Origin: the human T2T-CHM13v2.0 reference genome, Homo sapiens
Assembly (NCBI RefSeq): GCF_009914755.1
Contig: NC_060927.1
Length of the DNA stretch: 64,000 bases
Reading direction: 5' to 3' (one strand)
The notes under the pieces were generated by a model. That model did not search any database. It had not been told where the DNA came from and worked only from the letters and a program-made list of their open reading frames with translations. Both the position numbers and the translations under genes were made by a program. Every line of letters begins with the position of its first letter. The first letter of the stretch is position 1. Shown in pieces: positions 1 through 13,457 of the stretch.

Positions 1-190
1 CTACAAAAAAAAAAATTAGTCATGCATGGTGGCACGTGCCAGTAGTGCCAGCTACCCGGGGGGCTGAGGTGGGAGGATTTCCTGAGCCCTGGGAGGTTGA
101 GGCTGCAGTGAGCTGTGATCAAGCAACTGCACTCCAGCCTGGATGACAAAATGAGACTCTGTCCCAAAAAAAAAATAAGTAAATAAAAAA
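1..190 (+). mobile_element. Alu (AluJ-like) right part, cut by window start
   Basis: Alu right arm GAGGCTGCAGTGAGCTGTGATC...CTCCAGCCTGG plus A tail. Confidence 0.9.
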
Positions 191-195
191 TGAAA

Positions 196-236
196 GGAGG
201 AGGAGGAGGAGGAGGAGAAGGAGGAGGAGGAGGAGA
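196..236 (+). repeat. (GGA)n simple repeat
   Basis: ggaggaggagg run. Confidence 0.9.
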
Positions 237-2671
237 GAAAGTACAAAAGAAGGGGCTTGCCTTGCTTTTCCATTCTGCTACAGGTGACCCTGGCATCAAG
301 TCTGCATTTCCCACATGTGATTGATCCACTTTAAAAACTATCTTTGATATATATTTTACTCCAGTGTGATATTTTCTTGCCACCAAAAATGTCTTTAAGC
401 TGGCTCTTCCTAGGCAGTCACACTAGCGTCAACAATTACTTCAAATCAGGAAAGGCAAAAAAACTCCTGAAAAAAAAAATAGTACCATAGATTCCAACCC
501 AAAATATAAAGAAGCATGGGGGGTAATTTGTTATTTGGGATTATCTGTGGTGCTTGTAAATGAGAAAAGCTAAGATAAAGGGATTATTTAATACATTATT
601 TTTCCTGTAAACTGAATATCTTAGTAATCAAATGTTACTTCCAATACAAAGATTTAGCTGTTAACTTTGATATGAACTTACTTTATGGAAGATTTGCTAA
701 GCTTTCACCCCCATTTATAATAAAGTCTCTAATAACCGCTGATCATCTTCGTCTCACAAGTAAGATGAGGCTTTCTTCTGTTTCTCAGTAGAAACTATCA
801 CATTCCTAGAATTCCATGAGTGCTGTTCTCCTGTCTCTAAGCCACCGAATAAGGCAGCTGCATTATCTCTTTCATAATTCTTGGGTACAATTATAATTAT
901 AATAGGCATAACTATAGCCAAATCACTATTCTCCATAAAATAACTTATGCTTAAAGTAGTTTGACTTAATAGTATCTCCTCTTTCGAAATTACTAATAGC
1001 AAGGGCTGTATATAATACTTGCATTACTCCTAGGACTATGCTTAGAATGAGTATCTTTACAAAGCACTTTTCTGAAGAGTCTACTCAAAATAATAAAGTG
1101 GCTAAAGCTAAATACCAAAATATTAATGATGGTAATGGTCATAAAAAGCTACAGGTGATTTTTCTTTTTTTGTGACTCTCTAGAGTTTATGAATTTTCAC
1201 AATGAGAATGTATGATTCTTATAAGGAAAAAATGTATATGGTTATTCCTAAACTTTGACAATGAAATTTCCCAAACAAGATTAATCTCTCTACATGAATA
1301 CAACTTGTATGTAATATTAACAATTCTTCTCTAGCACTTAGTACTTTCTTCCATATATTCTATTTCCTTGTATAGGTATGTAATAGATTACAAGCTCTCT
1401 GAGGATGCATTTTGGGCCTTACACATATTTGTCACCTCATACAGTACCTCATAATGCCTCATATTTGCTAAGTGATCAGTACTGTATGAGGGATGAATGA
1501 TACTTTCAATAACAAAGGTTAAAGTTGATATATTCATCCAAATGCACACAACTGCCAAAATGTTGAAATACTTCCATACTAATGGATAAACACTATAATA
1601 GCAATGCAATAAGCAAAAAAAGTTAACTAAAAGTATAAATTATAATTTAAATTCATTAATTCAAGCTAATAGTCGGAGCATGTTGTCAAATAAATCCTAA
1701 CTAGGTCCCCCACCAAGCAAGAAATTAGAAATACTTGCAGAAATATCCACCTGTTTGGCCCAGAGCAAAGTATGCAGTAAGAATGTATTGCACATTCTTT
1801 ACAAGACTCCTTAAGAGTATCACTCATTTGTTATATGCTTAAATTATATAGTTACCTCTATTTTCAAATTGTTTAGTTTTTTCTCTGGTTTTTATTGTCA
1901 GTGCACTACAATTCTTGTGTAAGTAATAAGTATGTAGCTTTTTAACATTTATAAATGGAAAAATTTATAATAAAATATTAAAAACAAATTATCAGAATAA
2001 AAATACTATAAAGTTAGGGCAAGTTTCTTATTGTTCCTTTTGCATGTTATAAACATGAGTTTTCTGCATCTATAGGAAAACAAAGCAAAAACCGTATTAA
2101 CAAAGAAGCAAGGCTGGGAACATCTTCTAATACAGCACAAAAGCAGTAAAAGTCTAGAAAGTCTTTTTATGCTGTGCAACAATCAGCGCATAGTAAAACT
2201 AATTTTAGCTCTGGAATGAAAAACAACTTATTTGAAGAAAGAATATGATTGGTTTATTTTCTGAACAAAATGATGAGTAAAATGGTGCTGAAGGTTTTAT
2301 TGTTTAAATTTCATTTTCATCACACCAGCAGTCATGTTCTGTTAAAGCCCATGATTCCAAGAGAAAATGCAATCATTAATGAGGAAAATATAAAAGAATA
2401 TTACAAATAAGTTTCGCAAGTTAAAGCTTATAAAATAATAAGTTCAAAGATGTTTTATCAGTGTCAATAAGGCAAATGTAAAACATTAAGATCCATCATA
2501 ACACCATCGTAGCACAGAACACCTAACGTACACTTGTAAAACTATGTACTATAGATAAAAATTATGAAGCATTTTAGACATGAAATATTTACACAGAACT
2601 TGCAGAACAATGCAATGGGTGTATCACTGCAGCCTGGATTTATGTTTTAGGTTATTGTAAAACCATCTATT

Positions 2672-3015
2672 GCAATGTTCTCAAAGTGTGGTCCAGGGAT
2701 GCCTGGGATACCCGAGATCATTACAGGTGGTCTGCAATGTCAAAATTATTTTCATAATAATACTTAAGTGTCATTTGCCTTGTAACTGTCATTCTCTCAC
2801 AAGTGTATGTGTTTTCCAGAGGCTACATGACATCATGTTTCTCACAGCTAATGGAATGTGTGCTATATGTCCCTGAGTTCTTGTATGTTTTCAGTTTTAA
2901 TTCCTAATATGTTAAATACTGGTAGACAGAACAACACAATGCAAAGCTTTCAGGGGGTCCTCAACTATTGTTAAGAATATAAAGGGAACCTGAGACCAAA
3001 AAGTTCAGAACCAGC
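2672..3015. mobile_element. Non-autonomous hAT-Charlie-type DNA transposon relic
   Basis: Charlie-like ends CAATGTTCTCAAAGTGTGGTCC ... AAAGTTCAGAACCAGC forming imperfect inverted termini. Confidence 0.6.
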
Positions 3016-4310
3016 AACTTAACAAAATAAGAAAATAACCTTTCAGAAATTGAGGCAGTAAAACATCAGTTGTTCACAGTAAAGATTCAAAAAACTTAAT
3101 AAACATTTATTTTCCAAATAGCCATTTAGAAGAATAATGAACATAAATTGTAAAAAAAAAAAATCTTTCACACATTTCCTTACTAATGGGATGTGTGTGC
3201 TTGTTGGTCACCGCACAACCTTCTAACTTTGGAATCAGATTGGATGCTGTCACTCTCATTTCTCATTCCACATTGATTTTCACTGGTATTTGCTTAGTAT
3301 TACAGCAATTACCAAAAACACAGCTTCACAAAGATAGGACCTCACCAAAAGGAACGTGGCACAATCTAATGTTGAAACCATGACCTACCTAGAGCTAGTA
3401 ATTTGCACAGACATTGAATATCACTGTTTCCCTTGAATATTTAAAATATACTACAGTATTCCCTTTGGAGTCCCAAGGTGCCTCAGTGCAGTTTAGGAAC
3501 AACAGATTCAAAGAATATAGTGCTTTTCCTTGTCATCTTGTTAGTTCTGCATTAGCTAGTTGTTTGTGCTTAGAAAATTCTATTATTATCAACCAAGCAA
3601 AGCTTAAAGTAAATTAGTAAATCTTCCAATATAGGGAAATAGAATATTTTGTAAGCTTTCTGATAATTCACAGATTTGGATAATTAATGCTACTGCTCTG
3701 ACATCCATACTTCTCTTCTGCTCATCTTTTTAGCTCCCTTTCCTAACTCTACAGTGGTATGAAAAATTTAAAGATGATCCCATGCAAAGGCAAAATAATG
3801 ACCCCAGAGAGTTCAGGCACCTGCTATCTGCAATCTAGGTCTATGACCATTTAGAACTACCTCACCAGACAACACCTAGGGAAGGTGAGGAATATACAAT
3901 AATACAAATGAAGTTCTTAATTGCTTCATCACTGGTACATAGATACCAGTTTCCTAATTTCTGTTAATACATCTGAGCAGTAAGCAAACGTACTGACAAG
4001 GGAAAAAACTATGCATGGACAGAATCTCCCTGTTGGCACAGCACAAAAATGTCATCAGCTTTAGGCAAAGATTAAGAACCAGAAATTATTATTTTCTGTG
4101 TCTTTCTACTTTAAAAAAATTAATATTCCAAAGCTTTTGGATAGATGTAAAAGCATTCTGAAAGAATTACTATCATGGGTCTCTGTCCCTGAAACAGCTC
4201 TTCCCGTTGAGCTCCCTTTCCTAACTCTACAGTGGTATGAAAAATTGAATACCCGCTAACCTAGCTTAGTATTGCCATACAATCACCCCACTCAAAAATT
4301 AGAAGCTACA

Positions 4311-4562
4311 AGGCTGGCAGATCACAAAGTCAGGAGTTTGAGACCAGCCTGACCAACATGGTGAAACCCCATCTCTACCAAAAATACAAAAATTAGCTGG
4401 GCATGGTGGCATGCACCTGTAATCCCAGCTACTCAGAGTGGAGGCTGAGGCAGGAGAATTGCTTGAAACCTGGGAGGTGGAGGTTGCAGTGAGCCAAGAT
4501 CGTGTCATTTGCACTCCAGCCTGAACAACAGAGCGAGACTCTGTCTAGAAAAAAAAAAAAAA
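4311..4562 (+). mobile_element. 5'-truncated Alu (AluS-like)
   Basis: GGCAGATCAC..GTCAGGAGTTTGAGACCAGCC, A-rich linker, right arm, poly-A. Confidence 0.9.
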
Positions 4563-6534
4563 TTGAACCTACAAAGCCCTCCATTGTTTCTAAATACAAT
4601 TTAATTTCTGCCCCCAAAGGAAGATGGTTTCGGAACTTCACAACGTTCTCTTAAACTTCCTTATTATTTACTGTTTTATCCATGAAAATCAAGAAGGACC
4701 TCAAGCCCACAGTGGTGTTGTTCTTTCTACCAACTCCATCTCTTTATTCATTATCACACAACCTTTTCTGCTACAGTACATAGCATAATTTGCTCCTGGT
4801 GGGCAGTAATGCCATCACATTCAGAGTGAGGGCTATTTTAAACCCTATCCCAGCCAAACCAGAACTGAACAACACTGAAAGCAACTACGAGGTTTCGGGA
4901 AAATGGGGAAGATAGTGACAGAAAGGAAGCCTGAGAAACTCAGACTGGAGGTGAAAGAGCAGCTGGAGGCCAAGATAGTCCCACTTGGGGAGGAGCAAGA
5001 ATCCAAGGATCTCCTCCTTCTCTTAGCACTTACAAAGCTGACTCCAAAATAAATCCTGTATTTCCTGCTCAGTTAAATCTCCAGGACAATCCTATGAGAC
5101 TGGCATTATCAACCTCATTTTATGGGTGAGGAAAGAGGCTCCAAAGAGCAAGGAACCGCACTGGGCCAGTGTGGTGTAAATCGGTCACACATAGACTGTC
5201 TGTTGAAGGGTGTTCTTACATTACTACACTAGCAATTAGAGACCTAAAATAAGATAGGAAGCTCTATGAGTCAGAGCTTAAGCCCTTGCCTTCAAGCAAG
5301 TATATATCTTAATTATATCAATTCTGTTCTTATAGATTTCCTACAAGGAACCCCCTCCATACTCACCCTCCATCACCCATTACAGTACTCTTTTCCTTTT
5401 GTCAACTGGATCTACCTTCTCTTAATTTAAACCCATTTTCTTTGTTGCTATCATCCAGAAGGGGTAAAGCATCTGGTTGTAGGGTTTCTAGCTAGAGCAC
5501 TCTGTAAACTAAACGACCATTTAAAATAGCACCTAGCACAATGGCCAACACACAGTTGGTACTTAATAAACACGCTGAATAACTACATGAACAAATGCTA
5601 AAAATAAACCTTTCTTTATTATGAATGACTCTAGCATCAAATAAATTGTGTTATCAACAAAAACAACAAAACATTTCAAAACGTCTTCCATAATTGATTA
5701 AGTTGCATTTTTGCAACTATTGGCAGATCTAGATATGAGATCCAGGTATAAGGCATAATAGGCAAATCACACATGGCATAATGAGTGGCACACTGTAGCC
5801 ATTCAATCTGGTGAATGAATTTAAATTATGCTGGGTTGGTTTTTTAATCACAATGAAACTTAAAAGACATACCCAATTTTTAACTCTCAGACAAATAAAA
5901 CACATTCCCAAGTTTAGCATCTTTAGACAGTATTTTCCATCTTTTGTCAAACATATTCACTCAGTCATTTTACAACTGCCTATGTACTCGTTATAACTTG
6001 AACATAAATTTCTCTTAGATTGTGTAAATGTGAGTGTAAACAAATCACAGCAAAGGAAAACGTTTATCTGAATTTTCTCATCACAATTTGCTACAAACAT
6101 TTTTTAACTCTTTCCTCATTTTCAACAGAGTAAAAACTTCTTGTCCAGTTTATGCAAAATGGGTATTTTATCATTTGTAATTAAATGGACAAAAGGATAG
6201 GGTTATCACACCACCTTGTGGACCGTAAGGGTATTGCTGCTACAGAGCCAAAGCACATTTTAAGAACGAGAAGGTAACATGGAACATCAGCTGTTCATGC
6301 TTTTCCCTTCCCCTCCAGGTCTTCTGCCCCAAATCTACATCTTCAAATACTACCTGCTCCTCAAAATACAGTTTAAATGTCCCCCTCATAGAACCTTCTA
6401 AATCAAACTTATCTCTTCTCTAAATTTCCATGCTGCCTTATCTGGTTCTTCTTATTTTCTACTTCATATTGTATAGTCTTATCTCCCCTGTTAGACTGTA
6501 GGTATTTTGAGGATATGTGGACAGTCACCTTCAG

Positions 6535-6715
6535 ACGTGTACTGAAGCCAGTTCATACCTACTCTCATCAATAGCTTAACATTCAGAAAGCTTGCAAGCT
6601 GGTTGTTAAAGTGTTGGTAGCTTGAAATTAGCCATGGTAGGTGCATTTACAAAATGGAAGTCAGGAAAAAAAACAACTGTAAATCCGAACACTTGTAAAA
6701 CTTTGTTGACCAACT
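6535..6715. mobile_element. MER63-like hAT DNA transposon fragment
   Basis: GCTGGTTGTTAAA..TTGGTAGCTTGAAATTAGCCATGGT resembles recalled MER63 consensus. Confidence 0.5.
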
Positions 6716-9700
6716 TTAACTTCTTCATATCTCATTGTCTCTACAGTAATATGTAGTGAGGAGAGGTAGTGATACTGCCTACCTCACAGGACTCTTTTAA
6801 GGATAAAAGAACCCACATAAAATGTTTTGTCTAATGTCGGGCACATAGTATGTGTCCGCCAAATATTATAATAACTATTCCCGATAACTCTATCATGGTG
6901 CACTGCAAGTAGCAGATCCTCAAAACATTCAATTGTTAAATGACAATCAAGAATTTCAATGAGAAATTTTCAGATATGTTAACACTGATGGTAGTCCCAG
7001 CTTAACAATAGGCCAGATCATTATAGGAGACATAAACTCTTTAATTATAAATAATCCAGATATTTTCGCTTGCCCTGACTCCCATCTTATTCCTGCTTGA
7101 AATCCATCTCTCTCTCCCCCTCATCTCTGCTCTCTCTCCTTGTCTCCTGCATTTCTCTTCCATTTTTACTCACTCTAAAGTGCCTTCCTCTCTCCTTCTT
7201 TTTACCACTTTATTTCATAATGCAAAATAAATAATTTATGCCTCACTTTGTTCCAGAAAAGGTTTGCAGTGAATAATAGATAACTTGGTTTCATGTTTAG
7301 TGAATAAGGATTTTATACTTCTCCAAGGGAAGGAATTGAAGTCGCTTTTTACCACTTCTATCAGTGATTCCATGATCCTGTTTGATTGGTCCTTGGCAGA
7401 AAATGGGTTCTTTATATAGACCTTTGGGGAAAGACGAAATTAAGTTTCCAAGTGCAAAGTGGAAAACTAAATTGCCATGAATTCCAAATACTTTCCAACA
7501 GGGAAGCAAAAAAATGTCCTTATCTTTTAGGGTTGATGTGGGCCACATTTCCAACTATATAATCTCTCGCTGCTTCTCTGATCTGGATTAGAATAAATTC
7601 TATCTTAAATAACCTTCCACCAAACGTCTTTTGCCAACTCTCTTCTGTGAGCTTCTCTTCCTCTCACCTCACTTCAGCTACCTCATCCCAATGCTAACAT
7701 GGTGTTTTAGATACAAGGTTGCTTCCAGTAGCTAACTATGTTTGAGGATCAGCCAATAGCTTCATTCGCTCACTAAAAAGTACAACCAAAGATTGAAACA
7801 ACTAATTATTTGCAAAAACATGTTTGGAATAAAACTCCAGTTGTTCAAATGTAAATCTATTGATCAAAAATAAAATTTTCCTTATTTATCAATTATTAAT
7901 TAGCACAGTTTTTTAATGCAGGAAAAAAATTAAAAGTATTGGCTTTTCTCTAAGATGAACATTTGCCCTAGAATATATAAATACTGTCCATGATCATTTC
8001 TAGTTTAAAAATACACATAGGCTAAAACGAATAGCATGTCTTAAGTCATTGATTAAACGCAAGGCGTTTTGTTTAGTGGAATTTCTACTTCAGTGTTGGT
8101 CTACACAATACCCTTACCCAAGAACATATGGCTGATGCAGTACATGACAAGAAGGGGCTTTGCCTAAGAAGTGAAAATAAGGTGGGTGAGTCAGAAATTT
8201 AAATTTCAACTAACCTAAAGGCAGCTATAAGATGAGGCAATATATTGTATTTTATTCACCTCGTGGTCTATTCCAAAGGACACTGTCAAACACAATGATT
8301 CTTTTACCCACCAGCTGTCACCAACAAGTTAGCTATACTTTGTACTTTCCCTTTGTGCTTGAAAGCCAAAGCTAGAGCAGATGGCTGGATTAAGTGCCAG
8401 AGCAAAGGTAAAATTGGCTATTTCATCTGAACAGGTACTGCCAGACTTCATTAAGACAAAAGCCCCAGCAACAAATACCTACAAAATCTAGGGTCTGGAA
8501 AGTGCAATCTGAACTGCTTGTTTAATTTACCAACTAAAAACAAAAATGCTCTTTGGGGGAAAACTTTACCTAATTTGCTAAGAGATGAAAAAAGACACAC
8601 ATATTTCATCTGCAGTGAGAAGTGGTTTCCTGTGTCATTAACCCTGTAATTTCCAGGCTCTGTAAAAAACAAATTATATTCAATGTTCTTCTAAGCTAAG
8701 CTCATGGGTGAGTTCCAGAACGTGAAATTTAATCTTCCAGAGCTCAAACTAACAAAGCAAAGATGTTTGAAAATACTTGACTTTTTTAAAAACTGCAAAT
8801 TAAAATGATAAGAGAACAGCTAAATGAACAACTAAATGAAAGACTTTCAAACTGAGGGATTAAAGCTAGAGTCAGGGTTCAGGATAAAGGAATTCAGAGC
8901 TGCCTGTTATGACCAATCATTCATCAACCACATAGTGCAGTTATAATATGTAACTGGAAGTGGAAGAGTTACATATTATATGTAATATGTTCTAATCCTA
9001 ATGATTAGATTAGAATGACACTGAAAAAATCCATTCCACTGTTGCAAAGAAAGCTCAATTTCCCAAAACACAACTTCCTTGACTTTCTATTCTGAAGCTA
9101 AAAGGTTTTGGAGTTCAAAGAGCCACCTATTTTGCCTCTCCTGAGTGGCACAGGCATAGAGCAGTTTGTTGCCTCCATTCACTTATTTTTAAAAGCCCGA
9201 AAAGATAAAGAGAATAGAATTAGAAATCACTTCTATGACCATTTATAAATTGGTTATTTCCTCGGCATTTTTATTACTACCAAGAGAGACATAATCTTAT
9301 ATGCAACAGATTTCTATTATTCAGTTCCCTCACTCAGGTAACTCACAATTAGTAAAATTATAGTAATAACATTCGAATGTCACAAAGCAGAAATTTCAGT
9401 AGCCTAATAGACTGTTCTAAGTAGTCAGGCTGTAAGACTAGCATATTCAGCAGTGAGATCAAGGTTTCCTTTGAGGCAGATTAATTAATGTGATTATATT
9501 TTCAAAGCCCAAGAGCACAACCCTTAGTAAAAACATCTCTCAAGCTACATAATGCCCTTCACTATATAAATCACTATACTTTCCAATGGGATGAAAAACT
9601 GTTTATGTTTTCTAATTTCAAGATTTCTAATCCTTTCATTCCTGCACAGCAGCCAGAAGAAAAGTAGTCTCTGAATATGGGAAAGGCTTAGAAACATAAA

Positions 9701-9921
9701 TGGTGAGAAACTTTATCTTCAGAGAGGCAGAGTTTCAGACCTAGGCCCACATTCACCCCTACCACTCATACATGTGAAATACATTTTTTAAAATACCTAA
9801 TCTATTGGAATTTCAGTTCTCAGATCTTGGGCAGTGGAGATATTAATACTGCCTACTTCGTGGAATTGTTGTGAGGATCAAATTTAAAATATGTGTAATG
9901 TTTAAGTATAGTATCTAGGAA

Positions 9922-10040
9922 TGTGCTGTCCATAGCTATACGTAGCTATTTAAATCAAATTTAATTAAAATTGATAAATTTGAAATTCAGCTCTTCGGTC
10001 ACACTAGCCATATTTCAACTATTCAGTAGTTACACGTGGC
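9922..10040. mobile_element. MER3/MER33-like hAT-Charlie fragment adjacent to MIR
   Basis: GCTATTTAAAT..AATTAAAATT..AAATTCAG..GTCACACTAGCCATATTTCAA motif. Confidence 0.55.
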
Positions 10041-10054
10041 CACGTCCATTCATT

Positions 10055-10355
10055 CTCAGCACTTTGGGAGGCCAAGGCAGAGGGATCATCTGAGCCCTGG
10101 AGTTCAAGACGAGCCCAGGCAACACTGCAAGACCCTATCTCTACAAAAAATTTAAAAAATTAGCCAGGCATCATAGTGTGTGCCTGTAGTCTCAGCTGCA
10201 AAGGACGCTGAGGCAGGAGGATTTCTTTAGGCTGAGAGATCGAGGCTGCAGTGAGCCTCTGAGGTACAATGAGCCTCTGAGTTGTAGAGAGTGTACCACT
10301 GCACTCCAGCCTGGGCAACAGAGCAAGAACCTGTCTCAACAACAACAACAACAAA
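10055..10355 (+). mobile_element. AluJ-like element with internal micro-duplication and (CAA)n tail
   Basis: Alu dimer; TGAGCCTCTGAG is duplicated at about 10252 and 10270. Confidence 0.88.
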
Positions 10356-12127
10356 TGTTAATTTGGTGTGTCTGACATTTTTTTCCTCCTCTTCACCAAT
10401 TCCTCTAAGTTGTCAGGCTGCCCAGGTTTCTTCTTGTCTGGAAAGAAAGCAATATGTAAAACATATCTGTGTTTACCATTTTTTTCACTCCCGAGAATAC
10501 TGGAGTTCTAAAAAAAAACATGACATGGAAACAGCAATGTTTATCGCAAATGGGAGAAGTTCTAATGATGAGGATTTCAGGCACTGTAGTCAGACACTGA
10601 GCGAGGTCTTTTTGGACTAACTATATGTGTGAGGAGAGTAAAAAGGAGTCTCCACAGTCCTCTTCAATTCCTACGTAGAGATCCGTCTGCAGCGACGCTG
10701 ACTTTAACACATTCACACTTACTGAGATAATGAAAAAGAAAAGAGCTTTTTCCTCTGTGGAATTCTTTTTACGCCAAACTTTTCCTGGTTGAAATATCTA
10801 AAAATAATTATAAATCATCAACATTTTTCCAAGAGATGCTTTAGACAAGTTAGTCTTGGGCAACTGAGTAAAATTTTTTGCATTTGGTTTTTCGTTTCCA
10901 TGGTTTCCTTTCTCCACTCAAATGCTAGAACTGGGGCTGGGAAGCTACCAGAGTGAGAATGCCAGGGGCCTATATAGTTGCAGGAACGTTGCATTATAAG
11001 AAGCAGAAAATTAATATAGTCTCTAAGAAGGATTCCAGTCTCAGATGATATTTGGTGGTATCCAGCGAAATTATCCTGTAGATACTTGTAGATCTGGGCT
11101 TAGAATGTTTTTGGTAGATTGCTCTAAAATAGGACGCTTGTGGAACTAAACTTCATCTTTGCTTTCAAAACTGCAAGCAGAAAAGGCTGGTGGTGTGCCT
11201 TATTATAGATGAGAAGGAAGATCTAGTACTCTAGAAAAAATTCTGTTTATAGGTGGTATGCAAAGCTTACTACCTGGAACGTGAAATGAACGAACCGCGG
11301 GCTGTGCTTTTCAAGGTCAAACTGCAAACAAAGCAAGTCTGCTCTCATAGCCTTGGTAACAGTATTTGAATATGCATGATAATAAATTTGTTCATATGTT
11401 TTCCGTGAGTGAAATTAATTTCTTGCTGGTGATATTGCAGGTTATATAAATACATAATACTCTTCTTTCACCTCTTCGCATATTATCAAACAATCCACAT
11501 TTGACTTCATAACATTTTGAGACAGTCTACAATCATCAATCCTGGATATTACTTCACAGCTAAAGTACTTACACTAACAATATTCTGATTGTGATTTTAT
11601 CTTTATGTTTTTTATCATATCAACAAGGGAAATTATGGGTTTCATGAAACCATAATGCAATGATAAAAACATAGGACAAGATGGAAGTTTTTTTATTCTG
11701 CTGAAAACATATTTAATAGCAGTCTAAACACAAAAATGTAAACTGCTGTCTTTTGGAAAACATAACACAGGGTCACAATTTTGTAAGATAAAAGTTTCAA
11801 GTTATTTTAATAAATTGCCACATTTTTTCTTATAGAAAAATGACCCATATGCCTTTGCTTTTTAAAAAAAAAACAATACTGGGTATGACTTATGTGCTAT
11901 AGAAGTATTAGCCATTATTACTGTATTATTATCCCTTCCACCAGATAGAAATTTCTTATTTTGTACTACTGTTTGATGTTATAAAATTCTATTAATATTA
12001 TTTTGGGAAGGCACTCTTTAGTGAAGACACATCAGAAAGGCAAAATAGTTAAAAAAAAAAAAAAAAGCTTACCCATCTTTTAAAGTGAACAAAAATTCAT
12101 AAAGATCATATAACTTCTATACAGAGC

Positions 12128-12483
12128 TGTATGAGTCTGTTCTCAGGCTGCTAATAAAGACATACCTGAGACTGGGTAATTTATAAAGGAAAAGAGGTTT
12201 AATGGACTCACAGTTTCACATGGCTGGGGAGGCCTCACAATCATGGTGGAAGGTGAAGGAGGAGCAAAGGTACATCTTACCTGGCAGCAGGCAAGATAAG
12301 CGTGTGCAGGGGAACTGCCCTTTTATAAAACCATCAGATCTCATGAGACTTACTCACTATCAGGAGAAAAGCCCAACCCCCTGATTCAATTACCTCCCAC
12401 TGGGTCCCTCCCACGACACGTGCGGATTACAGGAGCTACAATTCAAGATGAGATTTGGATGGGAACACAGCGAAACCATATCA
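12128..12483 (-). mobile_element. THE1 (MaLR) solo LTR
   Basis: TGTATGAGTC...AACCATATCA, flanked by a 5-bp TSD AGAGC (12123-12127 / 12484-12488). Confidence 0.9.
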
Positions 12484-13154
12484 AGAGCAAAGTAGCTAAT
12501 TATCCAACCCACACTGTCTAATGATAATAATGGTAATAATAATGTCATTATAAATGTTCACAGTACCTTTCCTGGCTAAAATTGTTTAAAGTAACAGAAA
12601 CCACTCTGACTTAACCTAAACCCAAAGGAAGAATTTATTATAATAATATAGTTATGTAATGTGAATTGAAAAAGAGACTGAAACCAGAAATAGACAGCTG
12701 TCCTCTCTCCTTATCACTCATCTGCTTTATTTTTCTCTTGGAAGACGGACTTTCCTCTGCTTCTCCATCTATATACCAAATAAACCTACCTCTCAGCTCC
12801 TGAATTATAAATAATAGTTTTAGCTGTGATTTGGTCTCAGCTCCTGACCAAGAGAACCTAATTGTCCTAGATTGAAAAAGGTGTGCACCTGTAAGCTAAA
12901 AACTTGGGCCGAGGCTTTTTAGGAGATCACTGTGTAATATAAACATAACTGTCTGTGAGCCCACCCCGTTAGACGGGCTGGGTGAGGGATGGCATGTTCT
13001 CACAAGGGAAATGGTCACCAAATTGGACAGAAATCCCCAAAAGGATCAATTACCATGCTTCTTTTTAAAATGACTTCATGCAACAATCTTTTTTCATGAG
13101 AGGATCCAGTGCCTGTACTATGCCTACTTGGTATCTACTGGTGTCAGGTGTTTT

Positions 13155-13457
13155 GGGTTTGTTTTAGAGAGAAGGTCTCTCTCCGTCGCCCAATCCAGGC
13201 TGCAGTACAGTGGCACAATCATAGCTAACTGAAGCCTTGGATTGCTGGGCTCAAGCAATCCTCCCACCTCAGCCTCCCTAGAATTACAGCCACAAGCCAC
13301 TACACCTGAATTTTTTTTTTTTTTTTTTTTTTTTGAGATGGAGTCTGGCTACGTTGCCCAAGCTTGCCTGGAACTCCTGGCCTTGAGCCATCCTCCATCC
13401 TCCTACCTCAGCTTCCCAAGGCACTGGGATTACAGACATAAGCCACTGTGCCTGGCC
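13155..13457 (-). mobile_element. AluJ-like element
   Basis: Reverse Alu with expanded poly-T linker, ending GCCACTGTGCCTGGCC. Confidence 0.85.

Noticed and set aside
10360-10750. Minus-strand acceptor-like sites (TTTCTTTCCAG about 10438; TTTTCATTATCTCAG about 10722) as exons of an overlapping antisense transcript such as a long SUMF1 isoform
   Set aside because: Splice-like motifs are common, and there is no coding or transcript evidence in the sequence.
11311-11332. TCAAGGTCA (NR5A/ESRR) next to a forkhead-like GCAAACA in unique DNA
   Set aside because: Short motifs are expected by chance in 64 kb; no conservation data available.
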